Assembly (NCBI GenBank): GCA_031265645.1
Contig: JAISCJ010000144.1
Location: 1-41,215, forward strand
Origin: Holosporales bacterium
GTDB taxonomy: Bacteria > Pseudomonadota > Alphaproteobacteria > BNTO01
DNA length: 41,215 nt
Reading direction: 5' to 3'
In this document: one piece after another, positions 26,267-34,913 of the stretch
Position numbering within the stretch: the stretch's first letter is position 1
Layout: each line of letters begins with the position of its first letter
The notes under the pieces: generated by a model
Database searches by the model: none
Told to the model about the DNA's origin: nothing
Seen by the model: the letters and a program-made list of their open reading frames with translations, nothing else
Position numbers and translations under genes: made by a program

Positions 26267-27250
26267 ATGCAAATTGGCAATGTTAAGTTACCAATTCCGG
26301 TTATATTGGCTCCCATGGCCGGAGTTACAGATTATCCATTTAGGAAAATCGTGAATCATTTCGGTGCTGGACTAGTCTATTCAGAAATGGTGGCTAGCCG
26401 CGCAATAATGGAGGCGCTGAAAAACACTAAAGTGCGAAAGCGCTTGCATTTCTTTGATGCGTCGATTGAACCGTATCTGGTATCCATGCAGATTGTTGGA
26501 AACGATCCAGAAATAATGGCGGATGCAGCCCGCTTTAGTGAGCAACTTGGCGCAACATGCGTTGATATAAACATGGGGTGCCCCGTCAAAAAAGTCGTAA
26601 ACATAGATTGCGGTGCAGCGTTAATGAAAGACGAAGCGTTAGCGGCAAAAATATTACGTGCGGTTGTTGCAGCCGTGCGAATACCAGTTACGGTGAAAAT
26701 GCGATTAGGCTGGGACTTTCAGCACATAAATGTCATTGAGCTTGCAAAAATGGCAGAAAATGAAGGAGTATGCGCCGTTGCAGTACACGGGCGCACGCGA
26801 TCGCAATTTTACGAAGGAACTGCGAATTGGCAAATTATCAGTGAAGTAAAGCAGTCTCTAAAAATTCCCGTGATTGGTAACGGTGACGTAAAGGATATTT
26901 TTGGCGCCAGTGAATTGTTAAAGAGTTGCAATGCTGTAATGATTGGGCGAGGCGCGTGTGGACGTCCATGGCTGCTTCGTCAGGTTGCAGCACATTTGGA
27001 CAATGCGCAGATACCCAAGCAATGTAACATACAGGTGCTAGATACAATCCATTCACATTTGGCTCTGATCTTAGAAACCTATGGCGAGGACAAAGGGACA
27101 AGGCTTGCGCGCAAACACTTAGATTGGTACAGCAAGGGTTACCCTGGAGCAGCAGCATTTCGATCTACTGTAAACTCCGAAGTGACTGCAAGTGGAATGT
27201 ACGCACTCGTGGATGAGTTTTTCTCTGGATTGGTGGCACATGAAAGCTAG
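26267..27250 (+). CDS. dusB: tRNA-dihydrouridine synthase (DusB-like)
   Basis: From ATG 26267 the product reads MQIGNVKLPIPVILAPMAGVTDYPFRKI. It also has DINMGCPVKKV and the TIM-barrel flavoenzyme pattern VAVHGRTR..IPVIGNGD. Confidence 0.88.
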   Translation: MQIGNVKLPIPVILAPMAGVTDYPFRKIVNHFGAGLVYSEMVASRAIMEALKNTKVRKRLHFFDASIEPYLVSMQIVGNDPEIMADAARFSEQLGATCVDINMGCPVKKVVNIDCGAALMKDEALAAKILRAVVAAVRIPVTVKMRLGWDFQHINVIELAKMAENEGVCAVAVHGRTRSQFYEGTANWQIISEVKQSLKIPVIGNGDVKDIFGASELLKSCNAVMIGRGACGRPWLLRQVAAHLDNAQIPKQCNIQVLDTIHSHLALILETYGEDKGTRLARKHLDWYSKGYPGAAAFRSTVNSEVTASGMYALVDEFFSGLVAHES

Positions 27251-28502
27251 CAACCAACTGTTTGACCGCGAAGAGCGAGGACAGACTCGACAGATTCCGC
27301 TGGCAGAAGCGTTGCGTCCCAAAGATTTTAGTGAGTTAGTTGGCAATATAGATTTTTCCAGCGGCAATTTGGGTAGTCTGCAATCGTTAATTCTCTGGGG
27401 GCCTCCTGGTTGTGGAAAAACAACGCTTGCGAGAATTATTGCATCCAAAAGCGAATTAACAAGCGTTTCGCTGTCTGCCGTCACTTCTGGAACAGCGGAT
27501 TTTCGTGATGTGTTTGATATTGCCAACCGCGGGACAAAGATTGTGCTGATGATTGACGAAATTCATCATTTAAACAAATCGCAGCAAGATATTTTTCTGC
27601 CACATATTGAAAATGGTAACATTATTCTGATCGGAACAACAACAGAAAATCCATCGTTTGAGCTAAGGCAAGCACTGCTATCCAGGTGCAAAGTCATTGT
27701 GTTCTCACGTTTATCAACCGATGACCTCCTTCAAATTATTTTGCGAGTAGAGAATCATATTGGCAAGCCCCTGATATTGACAGAAGAAGCGAAGCATTGT
27801 TTGTGTGACCTTGCAGACGGTGATGCGCGTTATTTGTTGAACAGAATTGAAGAAATTTTACACGTAAATTCGGACCATTTACTGACGGCTGAAGACCTAG
27901 GTGCGCTGTTTCAAAAAAAGCTCAAAAGGTACGACAAGAACGCAGATGAGCATTACAACCTTATTAGCGCTTTTCATAAATCCATTCGCGGCTCCGATGT
28001 AAATGCGGCGCTGTACTGGTTTGCTCGAATGCTGCGTGGTGGCGAGGATCCGTTATACATTGCAAGGCGGCTTGTGCGTGCTGCGGCGGAGGATGTAGGA
28101 ACGGCAGATCCGCAAGCAATACAGGTTGCAATTGCTGCTGTAGAGGCGTTTCGATTCTTGGGTTCACCTGAAGGAGAACTGGTCATTGCCGAAGCAGTTG
28201 CCTATGTTGCTACTGCCCCAAAGTCGAATGCTGTGTATCGTGCGTACAATACAGCAGTCGCGTTCGTGGACAAGACAGATGCAATCCCTCCTCCGATGCA
28301 CGCAATTAATGCACCGACTACGCTAGCAAAAGAGCTAGGATACGGACAGGGGTATTTGTATGACCACGACTCTCTTAACGCATTCTCGGGACAGAACTAT
28401 TTTCCAGGTGAACGGCAAGATTTTTATAAACCAAATGAGCGTGGATTTGAGCGAGAAATAAAAAAGAGAATGGATTGGTGGGAGAAAAATCGACGGGGTT
28501 AA
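27240..28502 (+). CDS. rarA: Replication-associated recombination protein A (RarA/MgsA AAA+ ATPase)
   Basis: LAEALRPKDFSELVGN, Walker A LWGPPGCGKTTLARIIA, Walker B VLMIDEIHHLNKSQQD, ENPSFEL..ALLSRC, C-terminal HYNLISAFHKSIRGSD, and PPMHAINAPT. The ATG at 27240 overlaps the dusB end by 11 nt. Confidence 0.92.
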   Translation: MKASNQLFDREERGQTRQIPLAEALRPKDFSELVGNIDFSSGNLGSLQSLILWGPPGCGKTTLARIIASKSELTSVSLSAVTSGTADFRDVFDIANRGTKIVLMIDEIHHLNKSQQDIFLPHIENGNIILIGTTTENPSFELRQALLSRCKVIVFSRLSTDDLLQIILRVENHIGKPLILTEEAKHCLCDLADGDARYLLNRIEEILHVNSDHLLTAEDLGALFQKKLKRYDKNADEHYNLISAFHKSIRGSDVNAALYWFARMLRGGEDPLYIARRLVRAAAEDVGTADPQAIQVAIAAVEAFRFLGSPEGELVIAEAVAYVATAPKSNAVYRAYNTAVAFVDKTDAIPPPMHAINAPTTLAKELGYGQGYLYDHDSLNAFSGQNYFPGERQDFYKPNERGFEREIKKRMDWWEKNRRG

Positions 28503-28560
28503 AACGCGAAAAAAGACCCCCATCAAGATCGGAGTTTGCTTTGATGAACTCCCATATATT

Positions 28561-28598
28561 AAGCTTACTCTAATATCATTCACATTGCCCTTTGAATG
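28561..28598 (+). repeat. Short repeat module shared with 40056-40093 (5' module of family-1 copy D)
   Basis: aagcttactctaatatcattcacattgccctttgaa compared with aagcatacactaatatctgtccacattgccctttgga. The block cacattgccctttg is identical in both. Confidence 0.6.
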
Positions 28599-28678
28599 GT
28601 GTTACACCAAAACTCTTTTTACGATTGGGTATAATTGGTTCAGCAGAGAGACAGATATCAGTGGAACATTAATATCAA

Positions 28679-31600
28679 CTAATTTCGTAAATGTCTCAGC
28701 ATGAGAGGATAGAGTTGCTTTATCAAGATAGAAAACCAACTATTTGCTTTCCCTTTCTGGGCTACAAAATTTTTGACAAAACCATGATCCGCGCCATAGA
28801 TTGCGGTAAAAATTTTCAAGGCATTCTCAAAGCAGGTCCCTATCTTGGTGGGGTCCTTTATGATTTCAAACGCATTCGCTTTATTCAATTCGTCATATTT
28901 TTCTTTCTCAAAAAAATTTCGACAGAATTCGTTCATATTCTGAAAGAACGTTGCAAAATGCTTTATTGATGCGGCCTGATTACCCTGGCGAAATTTAAAA
29001 ACAGCCGCATGATACTCAATTTTGTTACGTCTAATGACGTAATCGTTGCTCTTTCCGTAGTTTCCAAAATTCAAAAACTGCAAGCAATCTTCGTACCCTT
29101 CAACTGATTTATTCAAATAACCCCTCGCATAAATCCTGTATTCTAAGGCGAACATGGCATAGCGATTCATTCCCATGCGTCGAAAGTTATCGATCACATA
29201 TGACAGCTTTTTTTCAGCTATGCGAAATTTCCCTAACCCTATCAAATTTCCGCTTTCTTCTCTTAAAACCCACAATTTGGGAACTAAATAATCTCCATCC
29301 TTTTCATAGTGTTTCAATATGTAGGCAGCTTCATTGATTTCTTCTAACCCCTGCCTATGAAGACCTGCAACCCCGTAAAAATTGGATAAACCTCTTCTAA
29401 TAAAAAACGCCATTGATGGAAACTTATCGGGAAGCTTTTTTTCCCGCTTACTAAAAGGAGGGTCTGCGTTGTGTAGCTTCAAAATTTTACTGGCATAATC
29501 CAGCCCTATTTTGCATTCAGGTTTTGTAACGTAGTAATGCTCAAGGTAGGCAACAAATAAGATATGGTATGCTTCCGTTAAAATCTGATGAGCCCAACGC
29601 TCTGGACAACTCTCTACAATATCTATAGATCTTTGAGCCAACCTTAAACATTCGTCAAAATTCCCGTCATTATTGTAAAGTGTTGCTAATTTAACAGCCC
29701 CCATAGACAATAATGCCTCATTGTCGGTTGATGATTCTGCTAATTCTAGACCTTTTTTCAGGTGCTGCTTGGCTTGTACTGTATCTCCCAAGAGAACAGA
29801 GTCATATCCTAAATTAAGAAAAAGAGCAGACAAATCGCGCGCACTAATATATTTTTCCAAGTTTTCTATCGAAAGTACGCTCTTGTAGCACTCTACCGCT
29901 TCCGAAATTTTATTCCGATTGGAATGCAGTAAGTGTCCTAATGCCAGCAAAATTCGAGTACTACATTGCTGAATATTGCATGCAATGTTTTTAATCTTGT
30001 GCTCTATACTTTTTAAGTGCAACAACAGGTGAGCAGAACTGCCCACGTTTTCAAGCTCACCTTTGTATAATGGCCAACAAATTTGTTCGAATGGAGTCAA
30101 CATTTTGACGATATGGTCTATCTTTTCTCTTTTTTCTGTATCACTTAATAATGAAAGAATGCACGAAAGGCCTATTTTTTGAGCACTTCTGTGCATGGAT
30201 AAACAAGCGCCATTATCAAAGATGAGGGAATATTGTTTTAATTGATAAATAAAGTCGTCTACAAGTGTTTCGCTTTGCACTTGGCTGTTTAGTAGACGAA
30301 CGCACTTATGCAATAACTCTTTTGAAATATTTTGCGAATCTACTAAACAGACGAGCAGCAATAATTCTTTAAATTCCAATCTTTTTTCGAGAATTTTTTG
30401 AAAACTCGAAAAAATAATTCTATATCGTGTTTTGTTATAAGCTAACTCTTCGCCCAACAGATCACTTTGCATACTTTCAAATGCTTGGTCCCCGCGCACG
30501 ATCATATTAGCATACGCATCAAATGATTCTTCTGTGTTTTTTATGTAATGAGCTGCAGCAGAAATATCTAACGGAAATGAAGGAATTTTTACTAGAAAAT
30601 CTTGTATTTCGCGCTCTTTTTCGACAGACCAATTTGATTCTTCATCGCTTCGAAAAATTTGTTTAAAAAGCGTATTTTTTTCTTTTTCATCCAATTTTTC
30701 GATATGCAAAACCATTGAGGGAGTGAGATGTCCAACATTTTGAATGTTACTGTTCTGAGTCGTCAAAATAACAATACCATGGCCCCATTTTTTCTCATCG
30801 TATGGAAAATTATCACGAATGCCTTGAAATGACTTTACATTATCAAAAATAAGCCCCCATCTTTTGACAGTGCTTAACCTTTTTTGAATAAAAACTATCC
30901 GTTGCTTACTCTGTTCGAGCTGATCTGTAATTGCTAGGATAAATTGGAGTTCCTGTCTTAACGCATGCGTATTTGCTAAAAGATAGGCTAAATTTGTTAA
31001 AGAACTGGATAAAGATATATCTGTCTCTGCATTGATTTCAAATATGAACGTGTTTCTTAAATTTTTAGCATATTGGCGAGCAATCGTTGTTTTACCTGCG
31101 CCACCAGGGCCAACAATTACGAGAACTGGCACACCCGTTTGTTTCTTTAGAAGCTTACCCATTTCACGTATTAACCGGCTTCTCTCTAATAAGTGCTCCT
31201 TTTTGATAAACGGAATGTCTGGCGATACTAACGGGGCAGTTCTTTGCGATAGAAATAGAACGATCGAACCAAAAATCAGGATGAAGACCCCTACTGATAA
31301 AAAATTTATTTTGTATGGTGCTATTTTTCCACGGCTGCGTCTGAATGACATAGGGAAATTTTTATCTTGATTGCTTACGATAAGCAAACCCTTGTCTTGT
31401 TTAGAAACTTTATAGTGATAGAAATGCTGTATTACTTCCAGCACTGCTGCAGCATAACGCTCATGATAATAGATACACCGCGCTTGGACTACGACAGGAG
31501 TGGCATTGGGAACAAGAATTAAGTAGGATCTCCAATTTTTGCAGGGAATACTACTTTCTTCACCCAAAAAGTCAGATGTAGGAATAAAAACAGTGTTTAC

Positions 31601-32044
31601 GGTGTTCCCTATTCGCTGCTTTGTTTCGATCGGAATTCCAGCTAATTGTAAGTGTCTTGCCAATCGGCAATTTTTTTTGTTTTTACACTCTCGCTGACAC
31701 AACACGTAACACGGTTCAGTTGCCTCCGACTTATTTTTTGATGCAACGTTTTTTAGCACTTTCTTCAAAGAATTCTCTGCTAGGATATTTTCGTAACGCT
31801 CCTTAAAGTATTGTCTGAGGTCGAATTTATCTACTATGTCTAATATTTGTTCTTTTGAATTGCATACCATTTTGATTGCGATATTGTGAACGTGTGCTTC
31901 CATCGTTTTTGGTGAAATTTCAATCAGGTTCGCAAAAAATTTCGCGGAATGACCGCTTGCTAATCCGGAAATGACGTCAAGCTCTCTTGGCGTCAACTGA
32001 AACGAGCCAATCTCAATATCGGGAAAGCTCCCACAAAGTTCCAT
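28679..32044 (-). CDS. STAND-class NTPase with an N-terminal LuxR/GerE HTH, a predicted transmembrane helix, an NB-ARC-like P-loop domain and C-terminal TPR-like repeats
   Basis: Starts at ATG 32044 (TTG at 32050 is possible). Domains in order:
- HTH: LTPRELDVISGLASGHSAKFFANLIEISPKTMEAHVHNIAIKM.
- Basic stretch plus hydrophobic helix: FRRSRGKIAPYK-INFLSVGVFILIFGSIVLFLS.
- Walker A: VLVIVGPGGAGKTTIARQYA.
- Walker B-like: WGLIFDNV.
- GIVILTTQN and LDEKEKNTLFKQIF.
- About 600 aa of helical TPR-like repeats. Confidence 0.8.
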   Translation of the reverse strand: MELCGSFPDIEIGSFQLTPRELDVISGLASGHSAKFFANLIEISPKTMEAHVHNIAIKMVCNSKEQILDIVDKFDLRQYFKERYENILAENSLKKVLKNVASKNKSEATEPCYVLCQRECKNKKNCRLARHLQLAGIPIETKQRIGNTVNTVFIPTSDFLGEESSIPCKNWRSYLILVPNATPVVVQARCIYYHERYAAAVLEVIQHFYHYKVSKQDKGLLIVSNQDKNFPMSFRRSRGKIAPYKINFLSVGVFILIFGSIVLFLSQRTAPLVSPDIPFIKKEHLLERSRLIREMGKLLKKQTGVPVLVIVGPGGAGKTTIARQYAKNLRNTFIFEINAETDISLSSSLTNLAYLLANTHALRQELQFILAITDQLEQSKQRIVFIQKRLSTVKRWGLIFDNVKSFQGIRDNFPYDEKKWGHGIVILTTQNSNIQNVGHLTPSMVLHIEKLDEKEKNTLFKQIFRSDEESNWSVEKEREIQDFLVKIPSFPLDISAAAHYIKNTEESFDAYANMIVRGDQAFESMQSDLLGEELAYNKTRYRIIFSSFQKILEKRLEFKELLLLVCLVDSQNISKELLHKCVRLLNSQVQSETLVDDFIYQLKQYSLIFDNGACLSMHRSAQKIGLSCILSLLSDTEKREKIDHIVKMLTPFEQICWPLYKGELENVGSSAHLLLHLKSIEHKIKNIACNIQQCSTRILLALGHLLHSNRNKISEAVECYKSVLSIENLEKYISARDLSALFLNLGYDSVLLGDTVQAKQHLKKGLELAESSTDNEALLSMGAVKLATLYNNDGNFDECLRLAQRSIDIVESCPERWAHQILTEAYHILFVAYLEHYYVTKPECKIGLDYASKILKLHNADPPFSKREKKLPDKFPSMAFFIRRGLSNFYGVAGLHRQGLEEINEAAYILKHYEKDGDYLVPKLWVLREESGNLIGLGKFRIAEKKLSYVIDNFRRMGMNRYAMFALEYRIYARGYLNKSVEGYEDCLQFLNFGNYGKSNDYVIRRNKIEYHAAVFKFRQGNQAASIKHFATFFQNMNEFCRNFFEKEKYDELNKANAFEIIKDPTKIGTCFENALKIFTAIYGADHGFVKNFVAQKGKANSWFSILIKQLYPLMLRHLRN

Positions 32045-32117
32045 TGACAAACTGCTCGCATATTAACGCGGACTGCCGCGATTCTAACCCAATTAGTCCA
32101 AAAATTCACGTATTACT

Positions 32118-32144
32118 AAAAATAAGGGTGTTCCCCTTATTTTT
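32118..32144. promoter_or_regulatory. Perfect 11-bp inverted repeat in the divergent intergenic region (candidate operator or bidirectional hairpin)
   Basis: AAAAATAAGGG (32118-32128), spacer tgttc, then CCCTTATTTTT (32134-32144). It lies between the STAND gene start (32044) and the small ORF start (32233). Confidence 0.4.
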
Positions 32145-32194
32145 CAAAAATTGGTGATTTACCAGGATTACACCATATCATGACTTGCGCAATA

Positions 32195-32206
32195 ACCCAA
32201 TTGGGT
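32195..32206. promoter_or_regulatory. Perfect 12-bp palindrome ACCCAATTGGGT just upstream of the small ORF
   Basis: ACCCAATTGGGT lies 27 nt upstream of ATG 32233. A half-site copy, TAACCCAATT, also occurs at about 32085-32094. Confidence 0.35.
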
Positions 32207-32232
32207 CTGGGCTTTTTTTGGGAGAGTTTCTC

Positions 32233-32634
32233 ATGAATGGAAAATTTTGTAAGGGAATCTTGATAGCGAAAGTGATCACTGATAGCTTGGGAATTGCTTG
32301 TCCATGTTATGCAACAAGCAGTGCAACAAATTTTAAATCTGTTAAACTACTATGCGATGATGTGCAGTGTTTGCCGTTAGTATTAACTGATATCGCGTTG
32401 GGACATGTTGAGCTGCAAACTAAGTGTGCAGAACTGGATACAAGGGGGCAATTCATTGAGGAAGGATGTTGTAAATTGCAACATCAATTTGAAGAACTGC
32501 AACGTGATTACGGGAACTCGACGCAACAGAATAAAGTACTAATTCAATTAGCAAACGAAATTGATGACAATTTTGGTGGTTTTGATGCTATTGAGGAAGC
32601 GTGTAATCATTTGCTGCATGCAATCAATTTCTAG
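32233..32634 (+). CDS. Small Cys-rich hypothetical protein (133 aa)
   Basis: The ATG at 32233 is preceded by GGGAGAG. The product has 9 Cys, including a CC pair. The C-terminal half looks coiled-coil-like (KLQHQFEELQRDYG). I recognise no family. It is divergent from the STAND gene. Confidence 0.5.
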   Translation: MNGKFCKGILIAKVITDSLGIACPCYATSSATNFKSVKLLCDDVQCLPLVLTDIALGHVELQTKCAELDTRGQFIEEGCCKLQHQFEELQRDYGNSTQQNKVLIQLANEIDDNFGGFDAIEEACNHLLHAINF

Positions 32635-32734
32635 TAAATATTTTAGCCAACCCCCCGATTTACCGTCAGGGGGCTTGCAATAATTGCCCCCCCTCAGACC
32701 TATGATGCGTGCTTATATTCTCGGAATGTTAATT

Positions 32735-32815
32735 AAACACAGTGTGTCAGGCCAAAATCCCTGCAGCGCAAAGGATTTTATCCTGTGTGTTTCGAATGGT
32801 ATATGTTAATCCGTT
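32735..32815 (-). repeat. Structured intergenic repeat, family 2, copy 2 (inverted relative to copy 1)
   Basis: The reverse complement gaaacacacaggataaaatcctttgcgctgcagggattttggcct matches 2317-2359 at 37 of 45 hand-aligned positions. It has the same nested-hairpin layout. The flanking attaaca motif is also shared. Confidence 0.6.
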
Positions 32816-32911
32816 GATTTTTTATTGAGAAGAGTTGGACTTTTCTGTTACAAAAGCCTGAACGGCGTTATCTGGATGTGTGCTTACGTGAAACTAATTG
32901 ATGAAAAAATA

Positions 32912-33613
32912 ATGGACCACTCCATGCACAAAAAGGCTTTGTTCAAAAATTCGTCAAAATACCGCGCGTTTGCGCTTCTCATGTCCCTTGCAATTTTGCT
33001 CAGCGGATGCGCAATTAGGCGAAGCCATGTTCAGGGATTGTCACGTTCATCTGCAGGATATTGCGTCAAGGGCGTTTGGTATTATCCACAAAATTTTTAC
33101 GACTACGATGACACCGGGCTCGCATCTTGGTATGGGCCTGGCTTTCATGATCACGCGAAAGCTCAGGGTGAAAAATATGATCAATACGCAATGACAGCCG
33201 CTCACAAAACACTGCCACTGCCAACCATTGTAAAAGTTACGAACGTGGAAAACGGCAAATCCATTGTTGTGCTGGTTGATGATAGAGGACCATATAAAAA
33301 CAAACGCATTCTCGACCTATCAGCATCTGCAGCGAAGGAGCTTGGAACGTACAACAGGGGAGTCGCAAAAGTACGGGTACAGTCGCTATGTAAGGAAAGC
33401 AATGCGCTGTCCATATACTTGAAACACTACAACAAGGGAAAATTCAACAGAACGTGGGAAGATATATATCGCCAAGAAATTGGGTGCCGCCCCGGTTACC
33501 GTCAACTTACAGTTGTATCAAAAAAAGTGCATCGCTCTAATTTGGAAGAAATAAATAAATCGAAAAACGCTCAAGCTGTAGCCAGCTTAATTGGGCGCAA
33601 AAAAAATCGCTAG
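32912..33613 (+). CDS. rlpA: Septal ring lytic transglycosylase RlpA (rare lipoprotein A, DPBB domain)
   Basis: Lipoprotein signal with the lipobox LLSGC. DPBB core: GLASWYGPGFHDHAKAQGEKYDQYAMTAAHKTLPLPTIVKVTNVENGKSIVVLVDDRGPY. The start is ATG 32912 or 32924, and the longest ORF begins at 32825. Confidence 0.88.
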   Translation: MDHSMHKKALFKNSSKYRAFALLMSLAILLSGCAIRRSHVQGLSRSSAGYCVKGVWYYPQNFYDYDDTGLASWYGPGFHDHAKAQGEKYDQYAMTAAHKTLPLPTIVKVTNVENGKSIVVLVDDRGPYKNKRILDLSASAAKELGTYNRGVAKVRVQSLCKESNALSIYLKHYNKGKFNRTWEDIYRQEIGCRPGYRQLTVVSKKVHRSNLEEINKSKNAQAVASLIGRKKNR

Positions 33614-33711
33614 CGGAAGGACTCATTTTTTTGAATGAAATTTAGATGTCGTTCTCGTGACTCGGATATTAGAGTTTTTACCCTAACGGGAACACGATTC
33701 ACTAAATAATA

Positions 33712-33741
33712 GCATTCTATATGACTCCAGTGATAGAATGC
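33712..33741. promoter_or_regulatory. 9-bp inverted repeat upstream of the amino-acid permease gene
   Basis: GCATTCTAT (33712-33720) pairs with ATAGAATGC (33733-33741) across a 12-nt spacer, ending 25 nt before ATG 33767. Confidence 0.3.
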
Positions 33742-33766
33742 GCGCAGGTCTCGCTGTATATGACAC

Positions 33767-34909
33767 ATGGATATGGTATCGGTGAATAGGTTTTTGAGTA
33801 CCGTGTTTTTAATATCTGGCACGGCAATCGGAGCTGGAGTGATTGCGCTACCGCTAGCAGCGGCTAATTTAAACTTCATTCAAGTCGCAGTATTTATAGT
33901 TATTGGTTTTTTCGTTGCATATTACTCGTCGTGCATGGCCGTTAGGCTAAGCCAACATGTAGGCAAGGGAACGGGAATAGCTGAACTTAGCAAGCAGTTG
34001 GGGGGGAAGTTTACTTTTACACTGTCGATTGTAACCTTTTATATTTTATCCCTTGCCTTGTTATCGGCCTATTTTGCCGGATTGACAGACACTCTGGGCT
34101 CGTTTTTCAACATTCCAAGTACATATGTAACACTGCTTTGTGGTGTTGGATTGATGCTTATGCTCTTGTTGAATGTAAGGCTATTTGACCGTTTAAATGC
34201 GATTTTATTTTTAATATTAATTGCATCATTGGTGTTTATTACCTTTAGCGTATCTAAATTCAATGCCAATTATTTTGATATGTCACTTAAAAATCGTGGA
34301 TTAGCTTGCTTTCTGCCAATCGTTTTTACATCGTTTGGGGTCCAAAATGTATGTGCGCACGTTTGTAATTACTTAGAACTAGATATCAAAAAAATTCAAA
34401 GTGCATTTAAAATAGGAATTATTATTCCCGCACTAATATATTTTGCGTGGATTGTTACCGTGATCGTCTCTATCCAAAGCTCAGATGTTGAATTTTTTGA
34501 AAGGATGAAAAATCAGCAAGTCGGCGTAGGAGAGTTGGTAAGTTTTTTGTGTGGAAATACCACGTATCCAATCACAGGCACGATCTTTAAATTGTTAACG
34601 TTTTCTGCAATGGCGACTTCTGCGATTGGAATTGGGATTGGATTGCTTGATTCGATTCGAGAAACGTACATTCCTGAAAAAAGGTTAGCATTATCTCTCG
34701 TGGTGCTGATTCCTGTCATTGTCGCGATCTTTTATCCAAGCACGTTTGTTCAAATTTTATCGTTCGGTGCAATGATCGCAACTTTTTGGGTGATATTCAT
34801 CCCGTACTACCTGCTGCAAAAAATCGACAAAAAGAGTGCCTATTCACTGAAGCACATCCTCTGCCTGTTGTTTGGAATTGCCGTCTTCGTTTGTGAGTTT
34901 TTGGGATAG
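33767..34909 (+). CDS. Hydroxy/aromatic amino acid permease family (HAAAP; TyrP/Mtr/TnaB-like) transporter
   Basis: 380-aa polytopic membrane protein with the family-typical N-terminal motif FLISGTAIGAGVIALPLAAA. Confidence 0.75.
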   Translation: MDMVSVNRFLSTVFLISGTAIGAGVIALPLAAANLNFIQVAVFIVIGFFVAYYSSCMAVRLSQHVGKGTGIAELSKQLGGKFTFTLSIVTFYILSLALLSAYFAGLTDTLGSFFNIPSTYVTLLCGVGLMLMLLLNVRLFDRLNAILFLILIASLVFITFSVSKFNANYFDMSLKNRGLACFLPIVFTSFGVQNVCAHVCNYLELDIKKIQSAFKIGIIIPALIYFAWIVTVIVSIQSSDVEFFERMKNQQVGVGELVSFLCGNTTYPITGTIFKLLTFSAMATSAIGIGIGLLDSIRETYIPEKRLALSLVVLIPVIVAIFYPSTFVQILSFGAMIATFWVIFIPYYLLQKIDKKSAYSLKHILCLLFGIAVFVCEFLG

Positions 34910-34913
34910 GAAG

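Noticed and set aside
32641-32700. G/C-run hairpins (CCCCC...GGGGG and GGGGGC-N11-GCCCCC) after the small Cys-rich ORF, as a possible terminator.
   Set aside because: The stems are plausible, but no T-tail follows, and alternative pairings compete. I left it uncalled. The family-2 repeat about 100 nt downstream is the better-supported structure.
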